A stretch of 45,639 nt of DNA, taken from an uncultured Acidobacteriota bacterium (GTDB lineage: Bacteria; Acidobacteriota; Vicinamibacteria; Vicinamibacterales; UBA8438). Under the pieces are notes generated by a model that was not told where the DNA came from, did not search any database, and saw nothing but the letters and a program-made list of their open reading frames with translations. This document shows, piece by piece, positions 9,031-18,746 of the stretch (positions are counted from its first letter, which is position 1; every line of letters begins with the position of its first letter). The DNA lies in assembly GCA_913043225.1 (NCBI GenBank), contig CAJWLU010000027.1, forward strand, positions 1 to 45,639, written 5' to 3'. The position numbers and the translations under genes are program-made.

Positions 9031-10050
9031 TCAGAACACGCCCGGCCAGTACGGACCAAGCGCCGCCTGAACCGACGGCAGCACTGCGTCGATCCGGCTC
9101 GTGTCACCGGACGCGGGCACGTCGGCCGGCACGCCGTCGCGAAGCTGGGTCAGCGTGCTGTCGAGGCCAGCCTCCAGCGCCTCAAGGTCGTAGCCGCCTT
9201 CGGTGGCCACACCGAGCCGCCCCTCGCATGTCTCGAGAGCCAGCCGTTGCACGTGAGCGGTGAGAAGGCCGAACCCCTCGGTTGACACCTCCATGCCGCC
9301 GAGCGGATCACGCTGATGGGCGTCGAACCCCGCCGAGAGAAGCACCAGTCCGGGATCGAACGCGGTGGCCACCGGCACCACCAGCTCTCGCATGGCGCGG
9401 TCGAAATCGGCGTCGCCGGCACCCGCCTCCAGTGGGACATTCACCGTGAATCCGGCGCCGGCGTCCCGTCCGACATCCCCCACGGCTCCCGTGCCCGGGT
9501 AGAACGGGTACTGATGCAGCGAAACATACATCACCGTGGCATCCTCGTAGAACATCCACTGGGTCCCGTTCCCGTGGTGCACGTCGTAGTCAATGACCAC
9601 CACGCGCTCGACGCCTGCGGCGCGGGCATCGGCCGCCGCCACAGCCACGCTGTTAAACAGGCAGAAACCCATAGCGCGGTCCTGTTCAGCGTGATGCCCC
9701 GGAGGGCGGACCAGCGCAACTCCGGGCGTCCGGGTCTCGCGAGCATGCGCCGCCGCCTCGATCGCGGCGCCCGAGGCGGCCAGCGCCAAGTAGTACGATT
9801 CTGCCGAGGTGTAAGTGTCTGGATCGAGGGCCACCAACTCGCCAGCCGTGGCTGCCATCCGATCTACGTGGTCGGCTGCATGGACCCGCTCGAGCTCAGC
9901 GCGGGTTGCCGGTCGCGGGGCACGCAAATCGCCACCGGCGTCGGCGAACCGCTGCCCCACCACGTGCATGACATGGCCACGAGCCGGTTGCTCTGGGTGG
10001 CCGGGCGGCGGGCGATGGTCACTGAACCGTTCGCTGCCAATCACCCTCAC
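9031..10050 (-). CDS. Zn-dependent histone deacetylase family amidohydrolase (AcuC/APAH-like)
   Basis: HPEQPAR, RPPGHHA, MGFCLFN, DYDVHHGNGT, SAGFDAH and EGGY; all catalytic residues present. Confidence 0.93.
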   Translation of the reverse strand: MRVIGSERFSDHRPPPGHPEQPARGHVMHVVGQRFADAGGDLRAPRPATRAELERVHAADHVDRMAATAGELVALDPDTYTSAESYYLALAASGAAIEAAAHARETRTPGVALVRPPGHHAEQDRAMGFCLFNSVAVAAADARAAGVERVVVIDYDVHHGNGTQWMFYEDATVMYVSLHQYPFYPGTGAVGDVGRDAGAGFTVNVPLEAGAGDADFDRAMRELVVPVATAFDPGLVLLSAGFDAHQRDPLGGMEVSTEGFGLLTAHVQRLALETCEGRLGVATEGGYDLEALEAGLDSTLTQLRDGVPADVPASGDTSRIDAVLPSVQAALGPYWPGVF

Positions 10051-10739
10051 TCTGCTGCTCCTTCGACCTCTTCGTGGAGAAGACTCACCGCACGGGTCTC
10101 GAGTATTCCTAGTTCCTGTTCGAGTGCATCACGCCGCGCCTCCAACCGCTCGAACGACAGGTCTGCCTCCACCTCGAACGGGGCCCCGATGGCCACGGCC
10201 ACGCGGGCACAAGGCCGGGGCACCTGCGTCCGGTCCCAACTCGAAGCTTCCCAGTGCCGGTCCGCTTCGATATGAAACGGCAGGATCGGCTGACCGGTCG
10301 CCCCGGCGAGCCATACCGCTCCAGGCTGCACTCGACGAGCCGGACCACGCGGCCCATCGACGGTAAAAGCGACCGGGCGGCCGCCGCTCAGGTCCCGCTT
10401 CATATGGATGAGCGCGCGTCGCCCTCCCTGTGAGGTCGAACCTCGTGCCGTCCCGTATCCGAACCGTTCGATGATGCGGGCAATCCACTCGCCATCAAAG
10501 TTCCGGCTGGTCATGACCACAATCCGGCGGTTCCGCCAGAAGTAGGTCGCGGGAAGAATCCGCCCGTGCCAGAACGCAAAGATCGGGTAGCGACCGGCGG
10601 ACGCGATCGCCTCGTGATGATGGAATCCGTCGACCCGCCACCGAAGCGTCCGGCACAACCCATCGATGACCGGCGCGCCCAGCCCGGCTATTGCCGCCGC
10701 CTGAACGCGCTGCCATCGGGTCAGGGCTCGGCCGGTCAC
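10047..10739 (-). CDS. DUF374 lysophospholipid acyltransferase family protein (LpxJ-like)
   Basis: FWHGRI, SRNFDGE, RGST, TVDGPRGP, SWDR.QVP.P. The GTG at 10739 overlaps the ETF:QO stop (GTGA). Confidence 0.88.
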   Translation of the reverse strand: MTGRALTRWQRVQAAAIAGLGAPVIDGLCRTLRWRVDGFHHHEAIASAGRYPIFAFWHGRILPATYFWRNRRIVVMTSRNFDGEWIARIIERFGYGTARGSTSQGGRRALIHMKRDLSGGRPVAFTVDGPRGPARRVQPGAVWLAGATGQPILPFHIEADRHWEASSWDRTQVPRPCARVAVAIGAPFEVEADLSFERLEARRDALEQELGILETRAVSLLHEEVEGAAE

Positions 10740-12397
10740 ATCCCTTCGTATTCGGGTCCGCCGCCGCCCTCCGGCGGCACCCAGTCGATGATCTGGTAGG
10801 GATCCATGATGTCGCAAGTCTTACAGTGGACGCAATTCGACGCGTTGATCTGCAGGCGCTTGCCACTGCCCTCGTCGTCGACCATCTCGTACACGTTGGC
10901 CGGACAGAATCGGATGCAGGGGTTACCGTACTCGGTCCGGCAGCGGGTCCGGCAGACATCAGTATCCTGCACGAGCAGATGGACCGGCTGGTCCTCGTCA
11001 TGGCGGGTCCCCGAGTAGTGCACGTTGGTGAGCTTGTCGAAGGTTAACTGCCGATCGACGGCCACCCCGTTGCTGGTCGAGTCTAGGGAAGGTGGCCCCG
11101 AGGGATAGTAGCGGGTCAAGTACTCGATCCGCTCGTGACCCGCTTCCCGCGACAACAGCGCAGACGGCCACCAGCCCCCGGTGAATGGGACAAGGCCGGC
11201 ACACGCGACTCCGGCCACCAGACCGCTACCGAACGCCTGATGCACGTTGCGCACCGGGTACAGCTCTCGCCGGATGCTGCCGGCACTTACATGCCGCTGG
11301 AAGGTGGCCAGAGCCTGGGCAGACACGTCACCCGAAGCCAGCGCGTCGAGCACCACGTCGGCAGCAGCCAGGCCGCTCTTCATCGCCAGGTGGATGCCTT
11401 TCAGCCGCATGGAGTTCAGGAAGCCAGCGGCATCTCCCACGATTAGCCCACCGTCCACGTGACACCTAGGCAGCGCGTGCCAACCCCCTTCCGGCAAAGC
11501 CTTGGCGCCGTACCGAGTCATCTCGCCGCCCTCGAGCAGAGGCGCCACCAGAGGGTGCTGCTTGAATCGCTGGAACGCCATGTGCGGATCGAACAACGGG
11601 TCCTTGTAATCCAGCCCGACGACGAACCCGACCGACAGTCGCCCCTCGGGCATCGCGTAGATGAACCCGCCTCCGAACTCCTCGTGGCGGAGCGGATAAC
11701 CCATCGAGTGGATCACCATCCCCGGAGACAACCGGCCCGGCGGGACCTCCCACAGCTCCTTGATCCCAATGGCATAGGACTGGGAAATCGGACCAGCCAG
11801 CCCATGCCGCGCAATTAAGGTCTTGGTAAGGTTGCCACGCACGCCGTCGGCAAAAATCGTGACCTTCGCCTTGATGTCGACACCAGGCTCGAACGTGCCC
11901 TTCTGGGTGCCGTGCTTGTCGAGCCCACGATCGCCCGTACGCACCCCAACGACACGATCGCCATCGTAGAGCACTTCGGATCCGGAGAAACCACTGAAGA
12001 GATCCACGCCGGCCGCCTCGGCCTGCTCAGCCAGCCACCGCACGAAGCGGTTCAGCGAGATAACGTAATTGCCGTGGTTACGGAGCGGAGACGGCGTGAA
12101 CGGAAAGCGGAGCTGAGACCCCTTGGTCAGATAATAGGTGCGGTCGCCAGTGACCCGGGTCTCAAGCGGAGCCCCTCGATCCCGCCAGTCGGGAAGCAGC
12201 TCGTCGAGACCGGAGGGGTCCAGGACCGCCCCAGACAACATGTGTGACCCGCTCTGCCGAGACTTCTCGAGCACGGCAATCGCCAGCGGCTCTTTCCCGA
12301 ACTCTTCCCGCCTCCGCGCGAGCCGGATCGCCGCCGACAAACCAGCGGGACCTGCACCGACGATCAGGACATCGACATCGAGCGTTTCCCGGTCCAT
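10736..12397 (-). CDS. Electron transfer flavoprotein:quinone oxidoreductase
   Basis: VGAGPAGLSAA FAD motif, KGIHLAMKSG, C-terminal FCPANVYE and NCVHCKTCDI [4Fe-4S] motif, WVPPEGGGGP. Confidence 0.95.
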   Translation of the reverse strand: MDRETLDVDVLIVGAGPAGLSAAIRLARRREEFGKEPLAIAVLEKSRQSGSHMLSGAVLDPSGLDELLPDWRDRGAPLETRVTGDRTYYLTKGSQLRFPFTPSPLRNHGNYVISLNRFVRWLAEQAEAAGVDLFSGFSGSEVLYDGDRVVGVRTGDRGLDKHGTQKGTFEPGVDIKAKVTIFADGVRGNLTKTLIARHGLAGPISQSYAIGIKELWEVPPGRLSPGMVIHSMGYPLRHEEFGGGFIYAMPEGRLSVGFVVGLDYKDPLFDPHMAFQRFKQHPLVAPLLEGGEMTRYGAKALPEGGWHALPRCHVDGGLIVGDAAGFLNSMRLKGIHLAMKSGLAAADVVLDALASGDVSAQALATFQRHVSAGSIRRELYPVRNVHQAFGSGLVAGVACAGLVPFTGGWWPSALLSREAGHERIEYLTRYYPSGPPSLDSTSNGVAVDRQLTFDKLTNVHYSGTRHDEDQPVHLLVQDTDVCRTRCRTEYGNPCIRFCPANVYEMVDDEGSGKRLQINASNCVHCKTCDIMDPYQIIDWVPPEGGGGPEYEGM

Positions 12398-12421
12398 CCG
12401 TATACGTACTCCGTTGGTCCT

Positions 12422-13384
12422 CTACTCGTCACCGAGCGCCGCCACGATGGCGGGCACCACTTCGAACAGGTCGCCGACGATACCGTAGTCGGCCACCTCG
12501 AAGATCGGGGCGTCGGCGTCTTTGTTGATGGCCACGATGGTGCGTGACCCCTTCATCCCGACCAGGTGCTGAATCGCACCCGAGATCCCCAGCGCAAGAT
12601 ACAGCTTGGGGGCGACGGTCTGACCGGAGCTCCCGACCTGTCGATCCATCGGAAGCCAGCCGGAGTCACAAATCGGCCGTGACGCGGCCACCTCGGCTTC
12701 GAGTTTCTCGGCAAGGTCCTGGACCAGAGCGATGTGCTCCTCCGCCTTGATACCCCGGCCAACGGCGACGATCCGCCCCGCCTGGGTCAGGTCGACCGCC
12801 TGCTTCGCCTCCTGGAACGGCGGCTCCACCGTCTGACGGACCGCACCAGGGTCGATCGTGACCTCCTGCGGGCGGACATCGGCCGCTGTCTCCCCGAGCG
12901 CAAGCGCATCAGGACGAAACGCGCCAATCTGGAAGCTGGCAAAATGCGGCCCCTCACCGGTGGGAGCGACGTCGGCGACGAACTTGCCCTGGAACATCGG
13001 TCGAACGAAGAGCAGCTGCCCCTCTCCCTGTTTGACCGCCACACAGTCGGTGACCATGCAGCGGCCCAGCCGCGCGGCCAGGCGCGGGGCAAACTCGCGC
13101 GTCTGATAGGTGTGTGACAGAAACACGAAGCCTGGTCCGACCGCTTGCACCACCTCGGCGAACGCGCCAACGAACCCATCAGGCGTGTAGGTGGCCAGCG
13201 CTGGGTCGTCAACGGTCAACACCGCTTCGACAGCCGCACCTGCCAGTTCGTTGGCCACGTCGGTCAGCTGATGACCGGCCACCGCCACCTGCACCGGCTG
13301 TCCGGTCTGCTGGGCCGCGACGACCGCCTCATAACTGGTCTTATTGAGGACGCCGTCCTTCTGTTCTGCGATAACGAGGATCAT
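12422..13384 (-). CDS. etfA: Electron transfer flavoprotein alpha subunit
   Basis: QVGSSGQTVAPKLYLALGISGAIQHLVGM, AINKDADAPIF. ATG at 13384. Confidence 0.96.
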   Translation of the reverse strand: MILVIAEQKDGVLNKTSYEAVVAAQQTGQPVQVAVAGHQLTDVANELAGAAVEAVLTVDDPALATYTPDGFVGAFAEVVQAVGPGFVFLSHTYQTREFAPRLAARLGRCMVTDCVAVKQGEGQLLFVRPMFQGKFVADVAPTGEGPHFASFQIGAFRPDALALGETAADVRPQEVTIDPGAVRQTVEPPFQEAKQAVDLTQAGRIVAVGRGIKAEEHIALVQDLAEKLEAEVAASRPICDSGWLPMDRQVGSSGQTVAPKLYLALGISGAIQHLVGMKGSRTIVAINKDADAPIFEVADYGIVGDLFEVVPAIVAALGDE

Positions 13385-13418
13385 GTTCTTGAGGCTTTGG
13401 GCTTGGATTGGGGGCGCC

Positions 13419-14180
13419 CTATAGGACGCGCGCCTCTTCCTTGAGAATACGGACCAGCTCGGCGGCGGCTTCAGCCGGAGCGCCGTCAATCAACTGGGTC
13501 TCCTTCGACTTCTCGGGCACGTAGAGCTTCAGGATCTCCTGGTGAGCGGCCAGGTCGGCCGGAGCCTCGACCACCCGAACCTCCTTCTTCTTCGCCGACA
13601 TGATGCCCTTGAGCGTCGCGTAGCGGAGCTGGTTAATCCCACTTTGAATAGTGAGCAGAGCCGGCGTGGGCATCGACACCCACTGGAACCAGCCCCCTTC
13701 GAGCTCTCGTTTAACGCGGAGCTGTCCATCCGAGACCTGCACTTCCATGATGATCGTCGCGTGCGGGATGCCAAGCAGCTCTGACAGCACCACGCCCGTC
13801 TGGGCAAACCCCTGATCATCCGACTGTAGCCCGGTGAGCACGAGGTCGAACTGTTCGTCCAGGATGGCGGAGGCCAGAGCTTCGGCGACCGTGCCGGCGT
13901 CGGCCGCGGCGAGCGCGTCGCTCTCGACACGAATGGCGCGGTCCGCACCACGGGCCAGCGCCTCGCGGATGACCTGGCCGACCCGGGCCGGGCCGGCCGA
14001 ACAGACCACCACCTCGCCGCCATGCTGCTCTTTGAGACGCAATGCCTCTTCCAGCGCATAGGCATCCGGCTCGTTCATCTCGAAGCTGGCGTCGCGATCC
14101 TGCACCCAGGTGCCCGCGTCGTCGACACGCAGCGGCCACTCCCTGGTCACGACCTGTTTGACACACACGGCGATTTTCAT
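13419..14180 (-). CDS. etfB: Electron transfer flavoprotein beta subunit
   Basis: MKIAVCVKQV, MNEPDAYALEEAL, ALARGAD, RYATLKGIMSAKKK. Confidence 0.96.
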   Translation of the reverse strand: MKIAVCVKQVVTREWPLRVDDAGTWVQDRDASFEMNEPDAYALEEALRLKEQHGGEVVVCSAGPARVGQVIREALARGADRAIRVESDALAAADAGTVAEALASAILDEQFDLVLTGLQSDDQGFAQTGVVLSELLGIPHATIIMEVQVSDGQLRVKRELEGGWFQWVSMPTPALLTIQSGINQLRYATLKGIMSAKKKEVRVVEAPADLAAHQEILKLYVPEKSKETQLIDGAPAEAAAELVRILKEEARVL

Positions 14181-14225
14181 CCGGATTTCCTCACTGCGTG
14201 AGAGCGCGACCGAACGCGGTCGCCG

Positions 14226-15467
14226 TCACCCCTCGTAGCGCTTGAACAGCAGGGACGCGTTGGTGCCCCCAAACCCGAACGAGTTCGAGAGCGCGTAGTT
14301 GATCTTGGCCGGCCGGGCAACCTTCGGGACATAGTCCAGGTCGCAATCCGGATCCGGGTCATCGAGGTTGATGGTCGGAGGAATGACCTGATCCCGGACA
14401 GTCAAGGCCGCGATCCCAGCCTCGAGTCCGCCCGCGGCACCCAGCAGGTGTCCGGTCATCGACTTAGTGGACGAGATGGCCAGCTTGTGGGCATGCTCGC
14501 CAAAGCAGCGCTTGATCGCCAAGGTCTCGAGCCGGTCATTGAAAGGCGTCGACGTCCCGTGTGCGTTGACGTAGTCGACAAGAGCCGGGTCGATGCCCGC
14601 CTGTTCGATGGCTCCACGCATCACTCGCAGCGCGCCGTCACCATCTTCGGCCGGCGCCGTCACATGGTAGGCATCGCCGCTCATGCCGTAGCCAACCAGC
14701 TCGGCGTAAATCGAGGCGCCGCGCGCCTGGGCATGCTCGAGTGTCTCGAGAATAATGACCCCGGCGCCCTCGCCGATGATGAACCCGTCACGATCTTTGT
14801 CGAATGGCCTGCAAGCGAGCGTCGGCTCGTCGTTTCGAGTGGACAGCGCCCGCATGGCCGCGAAGCCGCCGACCCCCATCGGGGTGATGGCAGCCTCGGA
14901 CCCGCCGGCCACCATCACGTCGGCCAGCCCCCGGCGGATGGTCTCAAACGCGTCACCGACGGCGTGTGCCGACGCCGAGCACGCGGTACACGTCGCCGAG
15001 TTCGGCCCTTTGGCGCCGAGACGGATCGACACCTGTCCAGCTGCCAGGTTGATGATCGCCGCGGGAATGAAGAACGGCGAGATCTTGCGGGGACCACCCT
15101 CGAGCAGCGCTCGATGCTCCCGCTCGATAGTACTGAACCCGCCAATACCAGAGGCGATGTAGACGCCCACCCTGGTGGCCATCTCTGGTGTCACCTCGAG
15201 CCCGGCATCCTCCTTAGCAAAGTCGGCCGCCGCGATCGCGTACTGGATGAAGACGTCCATCTTCTTGACGTCCTTCTTCGCCACGAAGTCCAGCGGGTCG
15301 AACCCGCGCACTTCACCAGCGATCCGCGACGCGAAATCCGATGCATCGAACCTCGAGATCGGACCGATGCCGCTCTGCCCGGCTCTGAGCCCATCCCATG
15401 TCGACGCCGTACCGATCCCCAGCGACGACACTAGGCCGACACCGGTCACCACGACCCGCCTGCTCAC
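14226..15467 (-). CDS. fabF: 3-oxoacyl-ACP synthase II
   Basis: TACSAS catalytic Cys, [26 protein letters not shown] at 15467 follows a GAGGAG RBS (alternative start 15473). Confidence 0.97.
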   Translation of the reverse strand: MSRRVVVTGVGLVSSLGIGTASTWDGLRAGQSGIGPISRFDASDFASRIAGEVRGFDPLDFVAKKDVKKMDVFIQYAIAAADFAKEDAGLEVTPEMATRVGVYIASGIGGFSTIEREHRALLEGGPRKISPFFIPAAIINLAAGQVSIRLGAKGPNSATCTACSASAHAVGDAFETIRRGLADVMVAGGSEAAITPMGVGGFAAMRALSTRNDEPTLACRPFDKDRDGFIIGEGAGVIILETLEHAQARGASIYAELVGYGMSGDAYHVTAPAEDGDGALRVMRGAIEQAGIDPALVDYVNAHGTSTPFNDRLETLAIKRCFGEHAHKLAISSTKSMTGHLLGAAGGLEAGIAALTVRDQVIPPTINLDDPDPDCDLDYVPKVARPAKINYALSNSFGFGGTNASLLFKRYEG

Positions 15468-15494
15468 AGTCACTCCTCGATCGAGAGACGCCGC

Positions 15495-15731
15495 CTATTT
15501 CTTCGAATGCGACTCGATGTAGTCCACGGCTTCCTTAACACGCGTAATCTTCTCGGCGTCCTCATCCGGGATCTCGAGGCCGAACTCCTCCTCAAACGCC
15601 ATCACAAGCTCCACCGTGTCGAGGGAGTCCGCCCCCAGATCGTCGACAAACGACGCGTCCTGGGTCACCTCCTCTTCGTCAACCCCGAGCTGCTCCACGA
15701 TGATGCCCTTCACCTTCTCAGCAACCGCCAT
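15495..15731 (-). CDS. acpP: Acyl carrier protein
   Basis: [20 protein letters not shown] phosphopantetheine motif. Confidence 0.99.
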   Translation of the reverse strand: MAVAEKVKGIIVEQLGVDEEEVTQDASFVDDLGADSLDTVELVMAFEEEFGLEIPDEDAEKITRVKEAVDYIESHSKK

Positions 15732-15742
15732 TCACCTGCCTC

Positions 15743-16483
15743 CTACATGTACATGCCACCGTTCACCGCGAGAACCTGACCCGTAATATATGCTGCTTCA
15801 TCCGATGCGAGGAAGCAGACAGCGTGAGCGACGTCGTCGCCCGTGCCTAACCGACCGGCGGGAATCTGGCTCAGCATGCTCTCCCGAGCCGCCTCACCAA
15901 GCGCCGCCGTCATGTCGGTGTCGATCATGCCCGGAGCCACGACGTTCACCGTGATCTTCCGGCTGGCTACTTCGCGAGCCAACGCGCGGGTGAACCCTTC
16001 GAGTCCCGCCTTCGACGCCGCGTAGTTACTTTGACCGGCGTTCCCCATCTGACCCACAACCGACCCGATATTGATGATACGGCCGCTACGCTGCTTGAGC
16101 ATCTGACGTAGCACTGACCGCGCGCAGCCGAAGGCCGCGGTGAGGTTGGTCGCCATCACCGCATCCCAGTCTTCAGGACTCATCCGCATCGCCAGCTGGT
16201 CGCGGGTGATTCCGGCGTTGTTGACGAGGATGTCGACCCGGCCAAGCTCAGACATTACTCCGGCGACCACCTCGTCGACCCGGGCTCGCTCAGTCACGTC
16301 GAGTGAAACGGACAAGGCGGTGCCCCCAACCGCTTGAATCTCGCCGGCCACCTTATCTGCATGGTCGCCGCGGGCCGCAGCCACCACCGTGGCCCCTGCG
16401 GCTCCAAGCCGTAACGCTACTGCCCGACCGATGCCTCTCGAGGCTCCAGTCACCAGCGCCACCCGCCCGTCCAAACTGCTCAT
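15743..16483 (-). CDS. fabG: 3-oxoacyl-ACP reductase
   Basis: TGASRGIG, NNAGITRD, YAASK; lies between fabD and acpP. Confidence 0.96.
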   Translation of the reverse strand: MSSLDGRVALVTGASRGIGRAVALRLGAAGATVVAAARGDHADKVAGEIQAVGGTALSVSLDVTERARVDEVVAGVMSELGRVDILVNNAGITRDQLAMRMSPEDWDAVMATNLTAAFGCARSVLRQMLKQRSGRIINIGSVVGQMGNAGQSNYAASKAGLEGFTRALAREVASRKITVNVVAPGMIDTDMTAALGEAARESMLSQIPAGRLGTGDDVAHAVCFLASDEAAYITGQVLAVNGGMYM

Positions 16484-16493
16484 CCTCTATCCG

Positions 16494-17426
16494 TCAGACA
16501 CTCGCCAGCGTTGAGGCCGCCTGCTCCACTCCATCCGGGTCGCAGACAGACATCACACGGGCCTCGCGATCGATTTTCCGGATAAGCCCGCTCAGCACCG
16601 AGCCAGGGCCTACCTCAACATACGTGTCGACGCCCTCCGATGCAAGGCGCCGAACCACCTGCTCCCACCGCACCGGAGCAGTCACCTGCGCCACCAGAGC
16701 CTCAATAGCTGAGGCGCCGTCCCTCTTGGGCTCGGCATCGAGGTTTGCAACTATCGGCACCATGGGGTCGGCCACGACAAGACCACGCAGCTCAGGGGCC
16801 AATCGATCCTGGGCCGGCTGCATCAGAGCGCAGTGAAACGGCGCGCTCACCGGCAGCGGCACCACGCGACGCGCACCCAGTTCCTTGGCCCGCGCCCCGG
16901 CTCGTTCGACTGCCGCGGTCGAGCCCGCAATCACCACCTGTCCCGGAGCGTTGAGATTGGCCGGGCTAACTACTTCCCCGTTGGCCGCCTCATCGCACGC
17001 CTTTGCAACCGCGTCGGCATCGAGCCCAAGAATCGCCGCCATCGCGCCCTCGCCGACCGGCACCGCTTCCTGCATGTAGCGGCCCCGATTTCGAACCGTC
17101 CGCAAGGCATCGCCGAAGCCCAGAGTCTCAGCCGCAACGTGGGCCGAGTACTCGCCCAAGCTGTGCCCAGCCACGAAGTCCGGCCGCACGCTTCGCTCGC
17201 TAAGGGCTCGAACAATAGCGGTCGATGCGGCAACGAGTGCAGGCTGGGTGTTCTCGGTGAGACGCAGCTGGTCTTCCGGCCCCTCGAAACACAGGGCCGT
17301 CAGCGACAAGCCCAGCGCCGCGTTCGCCTGCTCGAAAACTTCGCGGCTCTCGGGCAATTGCTCGGCTAGCGCCTGCCCCATCCCAACCTTCTGTGAGCCT
17401 TGCCCTGGAAACACAAACGCGATCAT
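16494..17426 (-). CDS. fabD: Malonyl-CoA:ACP transacylase
   Basis: FPGQGSQ, GHSLGEY, VSAPFH, EVGPG. Confidence 0.97.
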   Translation of the reverse strand: MIAFVFPGQGSQKVGMGQALAEQLPESREVFEQANAALGLSLTALCFEGPEDQLRLTENTQPALVAASTAIVRALSERSVRPDFVAGHSLGEYSAHVAAETLGFGDALRTVRNRGRYMQEAVPVGEGAMAAILGLDADAVAKACDEAANGEVVSPANLNAPGQVVIAGSTAAVERAGARAKELGARRVVPLPVSAPFHCALMQPAQDRLAPELRGLVVADPMVPIVANLDAEPKRDGASAIEALVAQVTAPVRWEQVVRRLASEGVDTYVEVGPGSVLSGLIRKIDREARVMSVCDPDGVEQAASTLASV

Positions 17427-17443
17427 CTGTCCCGTCTACCCCT

Positions 17444-17821
17444 TTAGTCCTCACAATCGCCCGGGAGGCGACCCAGCGCCGTGTGCGCCGCCAGCACCAT
17501 AGCCCCGATGTTTCCGGCACTGAAAAAGCCGCCGGCCTCTCCGTCAGCCACCAGTTCAGCGGCCACCCTCACCGCAACCGCCGGCTTGCGGCGGAGCACG
17601 GCGGTCGGCGGCTCGTCCATCGCCACCGCCTCGGGAGCCGCAACGACGCCGACATCGAGCGAGCCAGCATCTGGATGCCGCTCCAGCTCGGTGATCAGCA
17701 ACCCCGGCGCCCCTACCAGCGCAACCCCGACCTCGGCGTACCGCACCGCTTCGAGCGCCCCGTCGACGACGTTTCGCGGAGCAAAATCACCGCCGGTCGT
17801 GTCAACCGCGACGCGGGGTCT
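17444..17821 (-). pseudogene. plsX: Truncated phosphate acyltransferase PlsX (N-terminal ~123 codons only)
   Basis: RVAVDTTGGDFAP (canonical DAMGGD.AP), MDEPP..LRRK, SAGNIGA (canonical SAGNTGA) and LGRLPG, then a stop after four unrelated codons. There is no in-frame start codon directly before RVAVD. It sits in the canonical rpmF-plsX slot. Confidence 0.88.
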
Positions 17822-17916
17822 ACTAGAAGACGCCCGCCAGGTGGAACCGAGGCGAGCTGCGAATGGAGCGGTGGATGGGGCAACCACCTACGCTGCGGCT
17901 CAGAAATGCGGAGGGA

Positions 17917-18099
17917 TCAGACGTCCTTGACCGGTCGCACCTGACGGCCCCGGTAGTACCCGCAGTGGGGGCAGACCTGATGCGACGGCTTCCGCTCGTG
18001 GCATTGAGGGCACTCACCGAGCGAGATCGGATCCAGTTTCTGGTGGGTCCGCCGCTTCGCGGTGCGCGCCTTGGAATGCCGGCGCTTCGGATTAGCCAT
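17917..18099 (-). CDS. rpmF: 50S ribosomal protein L32 (Zn-binding type)
   Basis: MANPKRRHSKARTAKRR, CPQC and CPHCGYY. Confidence 0.98.
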   Translation of the reverse strand: MANPKRRHSKARTAKRRTHQKLDPISLGECPQCHERKPSHQVCPHCGYYRGRQVRPVKDV

Positions 18100-18177
18100 G
18101 CTCGAACGTCCTTTCTTACCGGGCCATGGGTGACGCGCGGTCGCCGTGCGACCGTGCCGCCCGCAGCGGGGACACGT

Positions 18178-18708
18178 CTACTGATCCAACAAGCTCTTGA
18201 GACCCGCCAGTCTCGGGTCGACCCAGGTCTCTTCGCAGTCACACTTAGTCGCGTTGCGATTACCGCCACACACTGCACACAGTCCCTGACATTCCTCGCG
18301 ACAGAGCGGTTTCATCGGCAGGGACAGCTGAAACTGCTCGTGCATCAGCCGACCCAGGTCGATCTGCTCATCGCGATAGAACGCCGTGCTCAAATCCGAC
18401 TCTTCGATCTGTACGTCACCATCGCCGGTGTTCTCAGACGATGGTAGATAGAGCAGGTCGACCTCGACTCCGACGATCTGGCGCACCGGTTCGAGACACC
18501 GACAGCACGCCAGCTCCAGTACACCGTCGAGCCGTCCGACAAGGGTGTACTTGGCTCCATCCTTCCGGACCCGCAGATCCAAGGTCACGGTGTCTAGCAC
18601 CGCATACTGATCGCCACCGTCGGCTGTGAGCGCATCGCCGGAGAAAATCCGACGCACGCGCTCCTCGGCCCCTTGAATCTCGTGCAGGTCAAGGATGGTT
18701 TCGGTCAT
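18178..18708 (-). CDS. YceD/DUF177 family protein
   Basis: CCRCL, PMKPLCREECQGLCAVCG, DPRLAGL; directly upstream of rpmF. Confidence 0.92.
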   Translation of the reverse strand: MTETILDLHEIQGAEERVRRIFSGDALTADGGDQYAVLDTVTLDLRVRKDGAKYTLVGRLDGVLELACCRCLEPVRQIVGVEVDLLYLPSSENTGDGDVQIEESDLSTAFYRDEQIDLGRLMHEQFQLSLPMKPLCREECQGLCAVCGGNRNATKCDCEETWVDPRLAGLKSLLDQ

Positions 18709-18728
18709 CCGAGCCGGACCAAACCGAG

Positions 18729-18737
18729 ATTATACCA
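18729..18737 (-). promoter_or_regulatory. Perfect extended -10 (TGgTATAAT) for the yceD-rpmF-fab operon
   Basis: Plus-strand ATTATACCA at 18729-18737, 20 nt upstream of the yceD ATG. Confidence 0.65.
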
Positions 18738-18746
18738 TCGGGACGG

